A DNA stretch of 35,569 bases, taken from the IMG/VR virus record IMGVR_UViG_3300011339_000909, positions 1 to 35,569 of that record. One strand, given 5' to 3'. This DNA is from a virus (lineage: Duplodnaviria > Caudoviricetes). The notes beneath the pieces are model-generated. The model ran no database searches. It was not told where the DNA came from and saw only the letters and a program-made list of their open reading frames with translations. Shown piece by piece: positions 1 to 9,901 of this stretch (position 1 is its first letter; every line of letters starts with the position of its first letter). The translations under genes were made by a program, and so were the position numbers.

Positions 1-3000
1 TTGAAAAAGAGAATAAAGCATAACACCAAGAAACAAGTTGTTGACTTTGCTCAGAAGACATTAACTACATTAAAGTCTGTGCTTCCTGACTTTACAATCG
101 TAGTACACGATGACGAGAACAGCTACAAAAATGCAATGGCTTCTGTTAATGGCAATGCTGAATCATCAGGTTATTTCTCTTATGCGCAAAGACCTGACGG
201 GACTTATGTTGGTAAGATAGATATCAATCTTAACAAGGCTAACAACGCAACCGTTGCGCACGAAGTTGCACATGGTGTAATGCGTAAAGCATTTGGTGAG
301 AATGTAGAATCATTTAGGACGCTAAAGAATAGAATTGCATCTGTATTAAATCAAGAAGGCAATCAGGCATTGACCGACTTTGCAAATCAATATGAGCAGA
401 ACGATTCATACGAAGAGTACCTAGTTGAACTAGCTGCTCAGCTCACTCAATCAGATAAGAATATATCTCCTACTGTATTACAGAACATTGCTTCAATAAT
501 CAATGAGGTGGTATCTAAGATTACTAATGGAGCTTTCACTCCATTTCAAAATGTTAAAGATACCAAGCAGACAATTGAGTTCCTTAGAAACATATCCGAG
601 TCTATTCGCAAAGGAGAGGAAATTAACCCTGCGGATATCACGGCAATTCAAGAAGGACTATCTGTCCCTATTGGAAGCCCTACAACAATCAATCCCCTCC
701 CTAAAGGAAAAGCTTCTTTAAATTTCCCTAAGGCACCATTACCACTATCATTCGTTACTGAAGCAGATAAGATTGACATCAATGCTTTAATCGATGACAT
801 TGTCGCCAAGAAACAAAAGATTTGGTTTTGGATGGCAGACCAACTAGGTCGTGGAAATTATTACGATGAAGTTATTGAAGGAGAACATTACTTAGACGCA
901 GGCCCAAGCTTTGCTCTAGACCCTGCCAACCGAAGCAAGGGAATTCTTTGGGCAAGTGGTCTACCTGAGAAGACTTTGACAAATCAAATCAATCAGGCTG
1001 ATTACATATTCTTTATTAGCGGCTCTCCTGAAAAGGCCAAGCTATTTAACAAAAGAGTATTGGACTTGTTGGCTGATAGAATAAATAAGACCTCAGACTT
1101 TAATAAGTTCAAAGAAGCAATTAACAATTTTGAAAAAGAAACGGTAGAACTAAAAACTATCAAGGACGCATTGAATGAAGTGAATTCATTTAAAGAGTTG
1201 GCTGATAGCCCTAAGAGAAAACCTTTCCTTATATCTATTGGTGAAATCGGTTCTCTAAAGACGGCACCGAAAGGTTCGCTTAAAGAACTTTTAGGCTCAT
1301 TCAATGCATTCATTGACTACAATGAATTGAGAGATGGCTTCTACAGAGAAAATGATTTCAATCAGAATGATATCATGCTTGTTGGCAAGCCAACAGGGGT
1401 TTCTGGTAAAGCTCCACACTCTACCTATGAGTTTGCTATTAGTGGTGAAGTAGTAGGTGTTCCTGATAAGAAGATTGACTCTTGGGATATCATGCCTGAG
1501 TCTATAAAAGAAAAGTACAAGGATGTAATTGGCGGCAGAGAAGGTAAGACTAAGCCAATGCAGACGAAAGTTATTGCTGCCGAGACGGGCGTAATTAGAG
1601 AGCTTGAGCCAAGGATGAAAGGTAAGGCTCAGTTGATTGGAAAGAATGCTAATCTATCTGCTGCAGTTAAGTTTAATCAAAACTTAGCTGAGGATATGGA
1701 TAAAAATAAAGTTAGTCCCCAGATTATTAGAGAAGCTACAGGTTGGGAGAAGGGTAAAGATGGTAAGTGGAAGTATGAAATACCAGATGGTAAGTTCAAG
1801 GACATCGACCTTGATGATTTAAAGGAAGAAAAGAGAGGTACAAAAAATGTAAGGGTTGCCAAGTTAGGAGATATATTTATAGCTCCTGACTTATATGATG
1901 CATATCCTAAGGCTAAAGAAATAAAAGTTGTATTTGAGGATTTGTCTGATGAAGATTTGGGTGGATTCTATAGGCCTACACAGGAGATAAGTATTAATAC
2001 TAAATACTATAACAATAATAGAGAGGTTGCTGAATTAACAATGCTACATGAGTTGCAGCATTATATTCAAACTGTAGAGTTTTTCGAAAGTGGCTCTAAT
2101 CCAGCACTAGCAAAAGGCATCATGAAGTATTTGCTAGATGATGTTAGAGATGTGGTAAGAAAGGCAAAAAATGTACTTGACTTTACAAAAGATTTTTACA
2201 AGGATTCTGAAAACAAAGACTCTATAAAAAGGTCTAAGTTAACTTATGATAAAGCAAAAAATGATTTAAAGAAGATACAGCAATTAGCTCTTCATAAGGA
2301 TACCAAGGAAGAAAAGGCACGAAAGATAGTTTTTGCTGAGGATGCTAGTAAAAGACTAGGAAGAAAAATAACGGTTGACGATATATATGGAGTTCAAGCT
2401 GCATCTGCATACAACCTTTATTACAGAATAGCGGGAGAAGTTGAGGCTAGAAACATTGAGTATAGAGCTAAGTTAACGCCAGAGCAGAGAAGAAAAACTT
2501 TGCTTTCTGAGACGGAAAACATTGACAGGGCTGACCAAATTCTGTATGATTATCAGGACTTAAATCTTCAAGAAGATGTTAAAGGAAAGGCTCAGCTTAA
2601 TTCTGAAGCTAAGGCAAAGAAGGTAGTTCAGCAAGCTAGAGCTCAGGGATTTTCTGAGGAGGTAATAAAGTCATTCCTTGAAAGTAAGGGTATATCTAAG
2701 GCCAACATCAAGAAGGCTATGGCAAAAGATATCCCTGCAGCAGGAAGGGTTACATTGTCTGAAGATACTATTAGCGGTTATGATTCTTTGATGAAAAGAA
2801 TTGAGGACTTGATTGTTAAGGGTGTTGAATCCAAAGAAGTAATCAGCAAGCTAAAGAACTCAAAGGCATACACAGCAGCCACGGATGTACAGAAAGAAAA
2901 GCTAGTACGTGAGGTTCGTAAAATGCTTGGGCTAAGACAAAAGTCAGCTCCTACGGCAAAGAGAATACTTGGTCAGCTAAAGGATATCACTAAGATAACA

Positions 3001-6000
3001 ATGACCGAAACACAGGTTCTTAAGAAAAGAATTAAAGAACTTGCTGAAGGTGCAGCTGCAGCTAAGAAGTCAATAGCTGAGGCTAATAAATTCTTGGCAG
3101 ATGAGATTAAGCAAATGGTTACAGATGGTAAGATTACGCTCAACCAAGCCACTAGCCTTACTGTTAGGGCACTCAAGATGAATCCTTTGAGTGAGGCATC
3201 CATATCCAACTTTGTGGATTACGTTGCTAAGGTATTCTCAAAGGCAGAGTATGTTGGGAAGATGACTACTGCATTAGCTCAAATTAAAAAGGCAAAAGAA
3301 AATATCAAGACAAAGATTGGTGTAGCTGAAGACCTATTCATACCACTGAAACAACTCCTATCTATTAATCCTACGCTGATTCCTTTGAATCAACTTGAGA
3401 AGTACTTAGGTATCTTGGAGGACTTCGGAGCAAGAAAGGCAGTGCTTAGTATTGATGACAGAGTCAAGGTGTTAAAAGAGGTCAATGAGATACTTGAAGA
3501 GGTAAGCAATGAGCTATCCTCGGTGGACGTCCTTGCTGATAGGTTTAATAACTACGATGAGCAGGTATTCAACGAAGAAGGTGGTCTTAACTATGCAGCT
3601 ACCATCAAGAAGATGATAGACGATGGTCTAATCTCTACTGATGAAGCAGACCTTATGAGAAAGTATAAGTCTGAAATACTACCTCAGGTAGAACGTACTG
3701 ATTTAACTGAAGAAGAGATTGCAGAACAAAAGAAGGAGGAAATAAAAATATTAAAGGCTCTAAAGATTGACAATAAAGAATTCCCTATGCCTAGCCGTGA
3801 TGAGAAAGAAGATGCATTAAATCTAGCAAAACTAATCAAGGAGCTAAGCGAGTCGGACTTAATGAATCTTTCTTTGCCTGATTTGAAAAACATAATCAAG
3901 GTTATAGAAAACATAAATAATGGGTACCTACCTCATTATGCCAAGATATCTATAGAGAAACTTGATGCTATCAAAGAAGGAAAGGTTCTTTCAAGTGCTA
4001 TAGAAAGAGCTAAGCCTTTGTCTTTCTCAAAACTATATTCTAGACTAAAGGATAAGTTCACTAACAAGGGAGCTGTCGATGAATTGATAAGAGCTAACCC
4101 TCTATACTACATAGACAATGTGTTTGGTGATTTTAAAACAAGGGACATCTTTAACTCATTGCTTGAGCAATCTTCTCAGGCATTGGCTAGATTTAACTCG
4201 GAGCTAAAAAGAGTGTCTCAAAAAATAGATATTGCTCAAAATAAAGTATTGGCTTCATTCAATCAGAACCCTGACAAGTATTTGATGTCTAAGTTTAGAA
4301 TGACAACCTATATGCTTCAGCGTGAGTACGAGTCAAACATTGGCAAGAAGGGAGTTAGGCCTGTTTCCGATTACCTTAAGGAGACCATTAAGCATATTAG
4401 AAAAGGCAAGTCAGTATTCAAAGAAGCGGACGCTGAGAAGCTAGAGCAGATACTTGAAGAGCTTGACACATATACTGTGGACGGGGCTGTTGACTTGGAT
4501 AAGTTCTACAACACATTTAATAATGCTGAGAAAAATGCCATTAAAGTCATGACTGAAATCAATGCATCTTTAGGTGAGAAGGCAGCATACACAGCTTCTG
4601 TGATACGTGGGAATAAAGTAGAGTTGATGGACAATTATTTTCACCACAATGTTTTGCATGAGCAGAACCCTATGGATGCTACTGCAGCTCCTGAGTTCTC
4701 TAGTAGTTACAGTAACTCAATGAGACCAACCACAAAGGCTAAGTCTTTGATTGAGCGAACTGGTGCTTTGACTCCGCTAAACTTTGACTTGTTTACCTCT
4801 ACTCAAAAGGGAGCTAAGTTTGTGTTGTTAGATTATAACTTGACATCCCCTATTCGTACCGCCAGAAGAACCTTAATTCAGGCAGAGAAAAATTTAGAGA
4901 GCAAGGGCCTTATGAATAAGGAAAAGATTCAAATATTCAATGCGATTAACAACGCTTACGAAGAGGCTCTTGAGAATATATTGACCAACAATATCAGTCA
5001 GGATGACCTTTCAAATGAAGTGTTTGACTTTATTCAGAAGCAGGGATACAGAGCTGCATTGGCTGGAACTACTAGGTTCCAAGCTGAACTAGCATCCAAC
5101 ATTGTCAACGCCTTGATTATAAATCCAAAGGGATTTGCTACAGGTATTAAACACGCTAAGCTAATTGCTTCTGCTAATGGGTATGAGTTCATGAATAATG
5201 CAAAGTCAAAACAAACGTCTAGACTTTATTCTACGGATGCTCTTTCTGGAAGGATGGTAGACCCTCAAATACTAAAGCAAACCTCAGGTATAAAGGGCAG
5301 CATTTCAAGAAGCGCTTTAAGAAATAGAACAGCACAGATTTACAATCTAACATTAAAAAGATTTGTACAGAACCCTGTTGAATACATTGCTGACACAATG
5401 CTAACAACTCCTGATAAGGTGGTGTCTATGCCGCTTTGGTTTGGAAGCTTCATGAATGAGTTCAAAAGAATAACAGGGGAAGAAGTTAATCAAGAGATGA
5501 TGATTAACAATGACCTTGACTATATGCAGAAGTATGCAGATGCAATTGAGCAGGCCACAAGAAAGGCTGACCAAGAGTCTGTATACTCAGGTGCTGCTAA
5601 CAACGAGTTCATGGGCGTACTTAAAGGAAAGCTCAAGCCAAATCAAGGCTTAACACAAAAGCTGTGGAACAACTTTAACTCTTACATGACTAACTTCATG
5701 AACTTTGATTATGCTGCTGCAAGAAGTGCGGTCTATAATTTGTTCAACGAGGGATACATGACCAAGAAAAAAGCTGCCGCTGTACTAGCTGGCATCACAA
5801 CTAGGTCTGTAATCTATCAGGTTATGGTTGCTAACATGGGGGCTGGATTAGTAGGAGCTGCACTTGGTCTTGCATTTGATTGGGAGGACGAGGAAGAAGT
5901 GGATGAGAAGTCATACTTCCAAATGATTGGTAGAGGATTAAGTAACGTATTGGTAGGGTATACTCTTGGAAGAAACTTTGGCAACGCAGTAAGAGGCATG

Positions 6001-6798
6001 ATAAACTTTGGTGTAGAAAAAGTCAACGAAGAGTATCTTGACTTCCTTAGAAACGGAGAGTATGATTTCTACAAGGACAACATTGCATACACTTATCTAA
6101 ACGTAGGAGACAGAGGAGATATAGATGTTCCAAAGATGGCTATCAGCATGGCTGGTGCATATACTCCTGCGTTAAACACTGCTGTGTTAATAGGTAAAAA
6201 CTTTGGAGCCTTATCTAGCAGAGTAATGGGTGAGGGGCCGACTAAGAAGGAGCCTGAAGCCATACGAAGAGAGGACATGACTGTCAATTATAGAATTCCT
6301 TTGGAAGTAGCTGGTAACCTTGGTCTCATCCCACTATACAAGGACGTAAAGAAGGCTGTCAACGATGAGATTTACAAGGACCTACGTAAGGCTGCCAATA
6401 CTCCTGATTCGTCAATACCAAGCAGAGATGAGTACGAGAAGCTAAAAGACTTAAGAGAGCTGAAGAGCAAGATTAAGGATGAGGATGAGCGCAAAGCTTT
6501 AGATAAAAAGATTATTGAAATCACAGGAAGCGAAGAGGCTAAGGCTGCCATTGATAAGCAAAAGGAGGCATTAACTGCAAGGAAAAAGAGACTACTTTAT
6601 GACTCAAGCAAAGGTCAGCGATACGACAACGAGAGTGATATGAAGCGATTAAATCCTTCCCTCTGGAGAAAAAGATTCGGACCTAACTCTGAGTGGGCCA
6701 AGAAGACGAAGGCAAAGGAGGCTGTTGAAAGTAAATTAGAGAAGGAGTCTAAGGCTAGAGAAGACAGAGAGTTTAAGAAAAAGAAAAGAGGGAATTAA
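1..6798 (+). CDS. Large polyvalent (probably virion/ejected) protein with two zincin-like HExxH modules and an LPD23-like region; 5' end probably outside window
   Basis: 2265-aa open frame from base 1. Motifs AHEVAHG, TGWEKGKDGKWKYEIPD (LPD23-like), LHELQHYIQ...GEVEARN. Long helical C-terminal part with hydrophobic segments. Confidence 0.75.
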   Translation: MKKRIKHNTKKQVVDFAQKTLTTLKSVLPDFTIVVHDDENSYKNAMASVNGNAESSGYFSYAQRPDGTYVGKIDINLNKANNATVAHEVAHGVMRKAFGENVESFRTLKNRIASVLNQEGNQALTDFANQYEQNDSYEEYLVELAAQLTQSDKNISPTVLQNIASIINEVVSKITNGAFTPFQNVKDTKQTIEFLRNISESIRKGEEINPADITAIQEGLSVPIGSPTTINPLPKGKASLNFPKAPLPLSFVTEADKIDINALIDDIVAKKQKIWFWMADQLGRGNYYDEVIEGEHYLDAGPSFALDPANRSKGILWASGLPEKTLTNQINQADYIFFISGSPEKAKLFNKRVLDLLADRINKTSDFNKFKEAINNFEKETVELKTIKDALNEVNSFKELADSPKRKPFLISIGEIGSLKTAPKGSLKELLGSFNAFIDYNELRDGFYRENDFNQNDIMLVGKPTGVSGKAPHSTYEFAISGEVVGVPDKKIDSWDIMPESIKEKYKDVIGGREGKTKPMQTKVIAAETGVIRELEPRMKGKAQLIGKNANLSAAVKFNQNLAEDMDKNKVSPQIIREATGWEKGKDGKWKYEIPDGKFKDIDLDDLKEEKRGTKNVRVAKLGDIFIAPDLYDAYPKAKEIKVVFEDLSDEDLGGFYRPTQEISINTKYYNNNREVAELTMLHELQHYIQTVEFFESGSNPALAKGIMKYLLDDVRDVVRKAKNVLDFTKDFYKDSENKDSIKRSKLTYDKAKNDLKKIQQLALHKDTKEEKARKIVFAEDASKRLGRKITVDDIYGVQAASAYNLYYRIAGEVEARNIEYRAKLTPEQRRKTLLSETENIDRADQILYDYQDLNLQEDVKGKAQLNSEAKAKKVVQQARAQGFSEEVIKSFLESKGISKANIKKAMAKDIPAAGRVTLSEDTISGYDSLMKRIEDLIVKGVESKEVISKLKNSKAYTAATDVQKEKLVREVRKMLGLRQKSAPTAKRILGQLKDITKITMTETQVLKKRIKELAEGAAAAKKSIAEANKFLADEIKQMVTDGKITLNQATSLTVRALKMNPLSEASISNFVDYVAKVFSKAEYVGKMTTALAQIKKAKENIKTKIGVAEDLFIPLKQLLSINPTLIPLNQLEKYLGILEDFGARKAVLSIDDRVKVLKEVNEILEEVSNELSSVDVLADRFNNYDEQVFNEEGGLNYAATIKKMIDDGLISTDEADLMRKYKSEILPQVERTDLTEEEIAEQKKEEIKILKALKIDNKEFPMPSRDEKEDALNLAKLIKELSESDLMNLSLPDLKNIIKVIENINNGYLPHYAKISIEKLDAIKEGKVLSSAIERAKPLSFSKLYSRLKDKFTNKGAVDELIRANPLYYIDNVFGDFKTRDIFNSLLEQSSQALARFNSELKRVSQKIDIAQNKVLASFNQNPDKYLMSKFRMTTYMLQREYESNIGKKGVRPVSDYLKETIKHIRKGKSVFKEADAEKLEQILEELDTYTVDGAVDLDKFYNTFNNAEKNAIKVMTEINASLGEKAAYTASVIRGNKVELMDNYFHHNVLHEQNPMDATAAPEFSSSYSNSMRPTTKAKSLIERTGALTPLNFDLFTSTQKGAKFVLLDYNLTSPIRTARRTLIQAEKNLESKGLMNKEKIQIFNAINNAYEEALENILTNNISQDDLSNEVFDFIQKQGYRAALAGTTRFQAELASNIVNALIINPKGFATGIKHAKLIASANGYEFMNNAKSKQTSRLYSTDALSGRMVDPQILKQTSGIKGSISRSALRNRTAQIYNLTLKRFVQNPVEYIADTMLTTPDKVVSMPLWFGSFMNEFKRITGEEVNQEMMINNDLDYMQKYADAIEQATRKADQESVYSGAANNEFMGVLKGKLKPNQGLTQKLWNNFNSYMTNFMNFDYAAARSAVYNLFNEGYMTKKKAAAVLAGITTRSVIYQVMVANMGAGLVGAALGLAFDWEDEEEVDEKSYFQMIGRGLSNVLVGYTLGRNFGNAVRGMINFGVEKVNEEYLDFLRNGEYDFYKDNIAYTYLNVGDRGDIDVPKMAISMAGAYTPALNTAVLIGKNFGALSSRVMGEGPTKKEPEAIRREDMTVNYRIPLEVAGNLGLIPLYKDVKKAVNDEIYKDLRKAANTPDSSIPSRDEYEKLKDLRELKSKIKDEDERKALDKKIIEITGSEEAKAAIDKQKEALTARKKRLLYDSSKGQRYDNESDMKRLNPSLWRKRFGPNSEWAKKTKAKEAVESKLEKESKAREDREFKKKKRGN

Positions 6799-7193
6799 AC
6801 ATACCTCACGTACTTCATGCTCTTCTGCTTATCGTAATAGACCATCATCTCATCAGCACGGGGAGGGAAACCTCCCCACTTTATTTCTCCCTCTAGCTTG
6901 GTGGCCTCAGCGTAGATGATGCCATCGTCACAGGACCACACAATCACAGGGTTGAGTCGCTTCTCTATAAGCTTGTTCAACTTGCTCAAAGTAATTGGCA
7001 GAGGGTAGGACGTCTTCATGCTCCTCATCCTTCCAACCACCTCAACATAAGCAATCAGTTGTCCTCTATCATCGGACACCTTGTAGTCTATGTCAAGAGG
7101 GTCTAGCTTTTTGTAGGAGCCTTTGAAAATACTGACAAATAAATCGATTGCTTTTTTTTCTCTTAGAATATCTGTATCCGTTTCAAAAATCAT
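6795..7193 (-). CDS. PD-(D/E)XK nuclease-like protein, possibly inactive
   Basis: DIDYKV...AYVEVVGR resembles D...E-x-K with K replaced by V. Last gene of the minus-strand block. Confidence 0.5.
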   Translation of the reverse strand: MIFETDTDILREKKAIDLFVSIFKGSYKKLDPLDIDYKVSDDRGQLIAYVEVVGRMRSMKTSYPLPITLSKLNKLIEKRLNPVIVWSCDDGIIYAEATKLEGEIKWGGFPPRADEMMVYYDKQKSMKYVRYV

Positions 7194-7377
7194 CTTCCTC
7201 TATTGATTTCAACATTAATCTTAAATCGTAGATAAGTTCCTTCAGCTCTACCTCTGCCTTCTTGAAGTCCCTATCCACTACGTTCTCATAAATACTAGCC
7301 AGCAAGACATGGTTCAGCCCCACACGTGCTGCAATTCTGTTTGCTCTAGCATTTTCTCGGTCTCGTTTTTTCTCCAT
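7183..7377 (-). CDS. Hypothetical protein
   Basis: ORF overlapping both neighbours; start taken at MEKKR. Confidence 0.55.
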   Translation of the reverse strand: MEKKRDRENARANRIAARVGLNHVLLASIYENVVDRDFKKAEVELKELIYDLRLMLKSIEEDDF

Positions 7378-7879
7378 CGTCTGATATAGTTTCAAACACG
7401 TGGACTAATTTTTGAAATATTAAATGTTCTTGCCCCAATGGAGTATTGAAATCAACAAGCTCAATGATTCTTTTTATCCTGTCGTACTTGTCTTCAACCT
7501 TAGGCAGGCTGTCCTTGTCCCAGACAGAGTAGTTAATCTTTGAATTTGTACTAACAATATACTCATTCTGTTCTTGTATTATCCCCCTTATCGTTATAAA
7601 AAATAACTCCTTACAGGTTAAATATTTCTGGCCTACTTCAGGATTATACCTTATAAGATTCTCTACATCTCCCATGTAGTACATATAAACCCCGTAGCTT
7701 CTCTTCATAAAGTCACAGATGTCGTTCGATGAGAACCCTATTTCATTTAATATTTTGCAAAATACTTTCCTTGCGTTTACATTGTTTTGTTTTTTTGAAT
7801 GGTTAAATATGTTCGCTTTAAATTCTCTGTTCACTATCTGAGACAGAGTCTCCATTTTGGTTTCCTTATGCATTATCAT
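7346..7879 (-). CDS. DnaA C-terminal-domain-like HTH protein (divergent)
   Basis: SKKQNNVNARKVFCKILNEIGFSSNDICDFMKR resembles the DnaA domain IV pattern. Confidence 0.5.
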   Translation of the reverse strand: MIMHKETKMETLSQIVNREFKANIFNHSKKQNNVNARKVFCKILNEIGFSSNDICDFMKRSYGVYMYYMGDVENLIRYNPEVGQKYLTCKELFFITIRGIIQEQNEYIVSTNSKINYSVWDKDSLPKVEDKYDRIKRIIELVDFNTPLGQEHLIFQKLVHVFETISDDGEKTRPRKC

Positions 7880-8126
7880 TTGATTCGATTCCTTTATAGA
7901 TTTCTACTTTTATTCCGTGAGCTGCAAGCTCTTTTAATCTGTACTCCTGAAGCTTTGATACTCTACCCTTTGGCTTCTTTACTTCATAGAACTCAACGTC
8001 TGAGTCCTTTGGTATGGCTATCAGGTCTGGGATACCATTCTTGTTGGTGTTAATCAACTTGATGACGTAGTATCCCTTTGACTCCAGCTCCTTCATTAGC
8101 CTTGTTTGTATCTGTTGCTCGGTCAT
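7866..8126 (-). CDS. VRR-NUC domain nuclease
   Basis: TEQQIQ...GIPDLI...FYEVKKPKGRVSKLQEYRLKEL...G. Confidence 0.9.
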   Translation of the reverse strand: MTEQQIQTRLMKELESKGYYVIKLINTNKNGIPDLIAIPKDSDVEFYEVKKPKGRVSKLQEYRLKELAAHGIKVEIYKGIESNDNA

Positions 8127-8129
8127 TGA

Positions 8130-8175
8130 TTTTTATACCCCTTTTTATACCCTAAACATACCCCTTTTTATACCG
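8130..8175. repeat. Short tandem repeat, GGTATAAAAA x3 plus a partial GGGGTAT (minus strand)
   Basis: Minus strand reads CGGTATAAAAAGGGGTATGTTTAGGGTATAAAAAGGGGTATAAAAA directly before the VRR-NUC start. Confidence 0.7.
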
Positions 8176-8530
8176 TTAACAGTTCTTGTATAGGCACCAA
8201 GAAGCCGACTGAGGTGTCATCGTCTCCTCCATTTCTTATGTACATATTGTGCTTGTAGTAGAACCTGAGCCTTTCCTTTAGATTCTCCACGTTCAATATG
8301 ATGGCGTAGTTGAACTCGGCTATTATGTACAAATAGTACTCGGCATCTGTTGCCGCTATCCCTGATGGCTTACCCCTTGAAGAGTACTCGATGAAAAGGT
8401 TGCCTGAGGTGTGGGCCATGGAGTCGAACTTAACTTCAAGCTTAAACTCTCCTGAGAAAAATTCCTTTGCCCAATCCTCTCCCAGTAGTCCAACCTTTAC
8501 ATCGTGATTGAAACTTCTTGAATACTTCAT
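8168..8530 (-). CDS. PD-(D/E)XK restriction-endonuclease-like protein
   Basis: GLLGE...KLEVKFD...SGNLFIEY...GKPSGI...AEYY, a common phage family pattern. Confidence 0.7.
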   Translation of the reverse strand: MKYSRSFNHDVKVGLLGEDWAKEFFSGEFKLEVKFDSMAHTSGNLFIEYSSRGKPSGIAATDAEYYLYIIAEFNYAIILNVENLKERLRFYYKHNMYIRNGGDDDTSVGFLVPIQELLTV

Positions 8531-8682
8531 TCTAGGATTAAGTTTACTGTGCCATCAATCTCGTACATATCTCCAATCTCAAAGTATCCGAACTGATGTC
8601 CATACCTGCGCATGACTTTCTTTATTTGGTCGTTGAGCCTGTCCATGTCGTGGAACTTTGCTCCGTGTACTCTATATATCAT
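8527..8682 (-). CDS. Hypothetical protein, 51 aa (not in ORF track)
   Basis: MIYRVHGAKF...VNLILE*; ATGA overlap with the downstream gene; fills the gap. Confidence 0.6.
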   Translation of the reverse strand: MIYRVHGAKFHDMDRLNDQIKKVMRRYGHQFGYFEIGDMYEIDGTVNLILE

Positions 8683-8887
8683 ATCTTAAATTAATTATTT
8701 TAATATATGCTTTTGACTTTTGCATTGCTTCTGCCTGTGTATCTGCAAATCCAGTATCATAAATCCGTTCATCACGGTACCAATATACCCACTCATCTAT
8801 GTTAGACTTAAATACCCCCATTGAATCCATAGGTATCTCACGGCCAAAGAATAACTTCTTTGCTTGTTGTCCTAGATAGATGTTCAT
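8672..8887 (-). CDS. Hypothetical protein
   Basis: ATGA-coupled to upstream gene. Confidence 0.6.
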   Translation of the reverse strand: MNIYLGQQAKKLFFGREIPMDSMGVFKSNIDEWVYWYRDERIYDTGFADTQAEAMQKSKAYIKIINLRYDI

Positions 8888-9087
8888 TTGTTTTCGTAGG
8901 TGTCCTTGTAGTACTGTTCCATCTTGTATCGATGCAGAATGAAATCAGACGCACCGTGTCTATATGCTGACTCTATTTGCATCTTCTCTCTTTGCTTGGC
9001 TTCTTCTAAGATACTGTTCCATGTGAACTTATCCTTTGATGTCTCCCATAGTCGGGCAAACATCCAATCTACTGCCGTCTGTTTCAT
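8884..9087 (-). CDS. Small 'MKQTAV'-type phage protein
   Basis: MKQTAVDW...EAKQREKMQIESAY...EQYYKDTY. Confidence 0.7.
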   Translation of the reverse strand: MKQTAVDWMFARLWETSKDKFTWNSILEEAKQREKMQIESAYRHGASDFILHRYKMEQYYKDTYENK

Positions 9088-9092
9088 ATATT

Positions 9093-9272
9093 TTAAACAA
9101 ATTGAGCATTACAGGTATCACAACTATAAACATTTAATTCTCCACCTCCCCAACAATGATGAATGTCATCTTGAGTTAGTTTACCAATTTTGCATTTAGG
9201 ACAACTCATTTTAAGCAATCTACAAAAACGGATTATAAAAACTCCTATCCAATCTACTGCTGTCTGTTTCAT
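9093..9272 (-). CDS. Zinc-ribbon protein with MKQTAVDW N-terminus, 59 aa (not in ORF track)
   Basis: MKQTAVDWIG...SCPKC...YSCDTCNAQFV*; two CxxC pairs. Confidence 0.6.
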   Translation of the reverse strand: MKQTAVDWIGVFIIRFCRLLKMSCPKCKIGKLTQDDIHHCWGGGELNVYSCDTCNAQFV

Positions 9273-9499
9273 AGTCCTATATCAACTTTAGAATTAGGTG
9301 GTAAAAAACCTATTTTTACATTACCAGAAGAGCAAATTCTCATCCTTTCTACTCCTAAACTTTTATAGTCAGCATCAGAAGTTGAGTCAATTGTTATTTT
9401 TGTGGCCGCAACTTGCGACTGCTCTGCTAGTATTGTAGGACTTACCACTGCTGTAGTAGTTAGTAGCCCTAACCGTTTAAGAAAATCTTTTCTGTTCAT
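9269..9499 (-). CDS. Small protein with Tat-like signal peptide
   Basis: Start reassigned to MNRKDFLKRLGLLTTTAVVSPTILA (ATGA overlap with upstream gene). Confidence 0.6.
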   Translation of the reverse strand: MNRKDFLKRLGLLTTTAVVSPTILAEQSQVAATKITIDSTSDADYKSLGVERMRICSSGNVKIGFLPPNSKVDIGL

Positions 9500-9684
9500 T
9501 TGACTATCTCTTTTAGTTGATTCCAAATGTTTTCTGCATTTTCTCCCCAATACATGTCACACTTACCATCCTTGATTGGTGGGTTTGAGAACCGCCATTG
9601 GTACTCATTAGGCTTTGCCGTGAACCTGTAGCAGGATTCTTTGTAGGGACAACCTGTCCCCGGGCACATATCGATATCAGCCAT
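9496..9684 (-). CDS. Cys-rich small phage protein
   Basis: MADIDMCPGTGCPYKESCYRF...CDMYW. Confidence 0.7.
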   Translation of the reverse strand: MADIDMCPGTGCPYKESCYRFTAKPNEYQWRFSNPPIKDGKCDMYWGENAENIWNQLKEIVK

Positions 9685-9901
9685 TTTCTAAATTAATATC
9701 GTTCTCATACATTAATGTTCTCAAGTGGTCTCGGCAACCCTGATAAACTTGATACTGCTCATCGGTCAGGTCCTCGTACTTTATCTTAGACCTTAGCCAC
9801 TGGTCATACTCCCATAAGGTAGAATGCATTGAAGCGACCCTGATTGCATTCTCCCATTCGTGGCTCTCCTCAGGTAAATTAAAGATTAGTTTTGCTTTCA
9901 T
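9677..9901 (-). CDS. Hypothetical phage protein (MKAKLIFNLPEE type)
   Basis: ORF coupled to neighbours. Confidence 0.7.
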   Translation of the reverse strand: MKAKLIFNLPEESHEWENAIRVASMHSTLWEYDQWLRSKIKYEDLTDEQYQVYQGCRDHLRTLMYENDINLENG

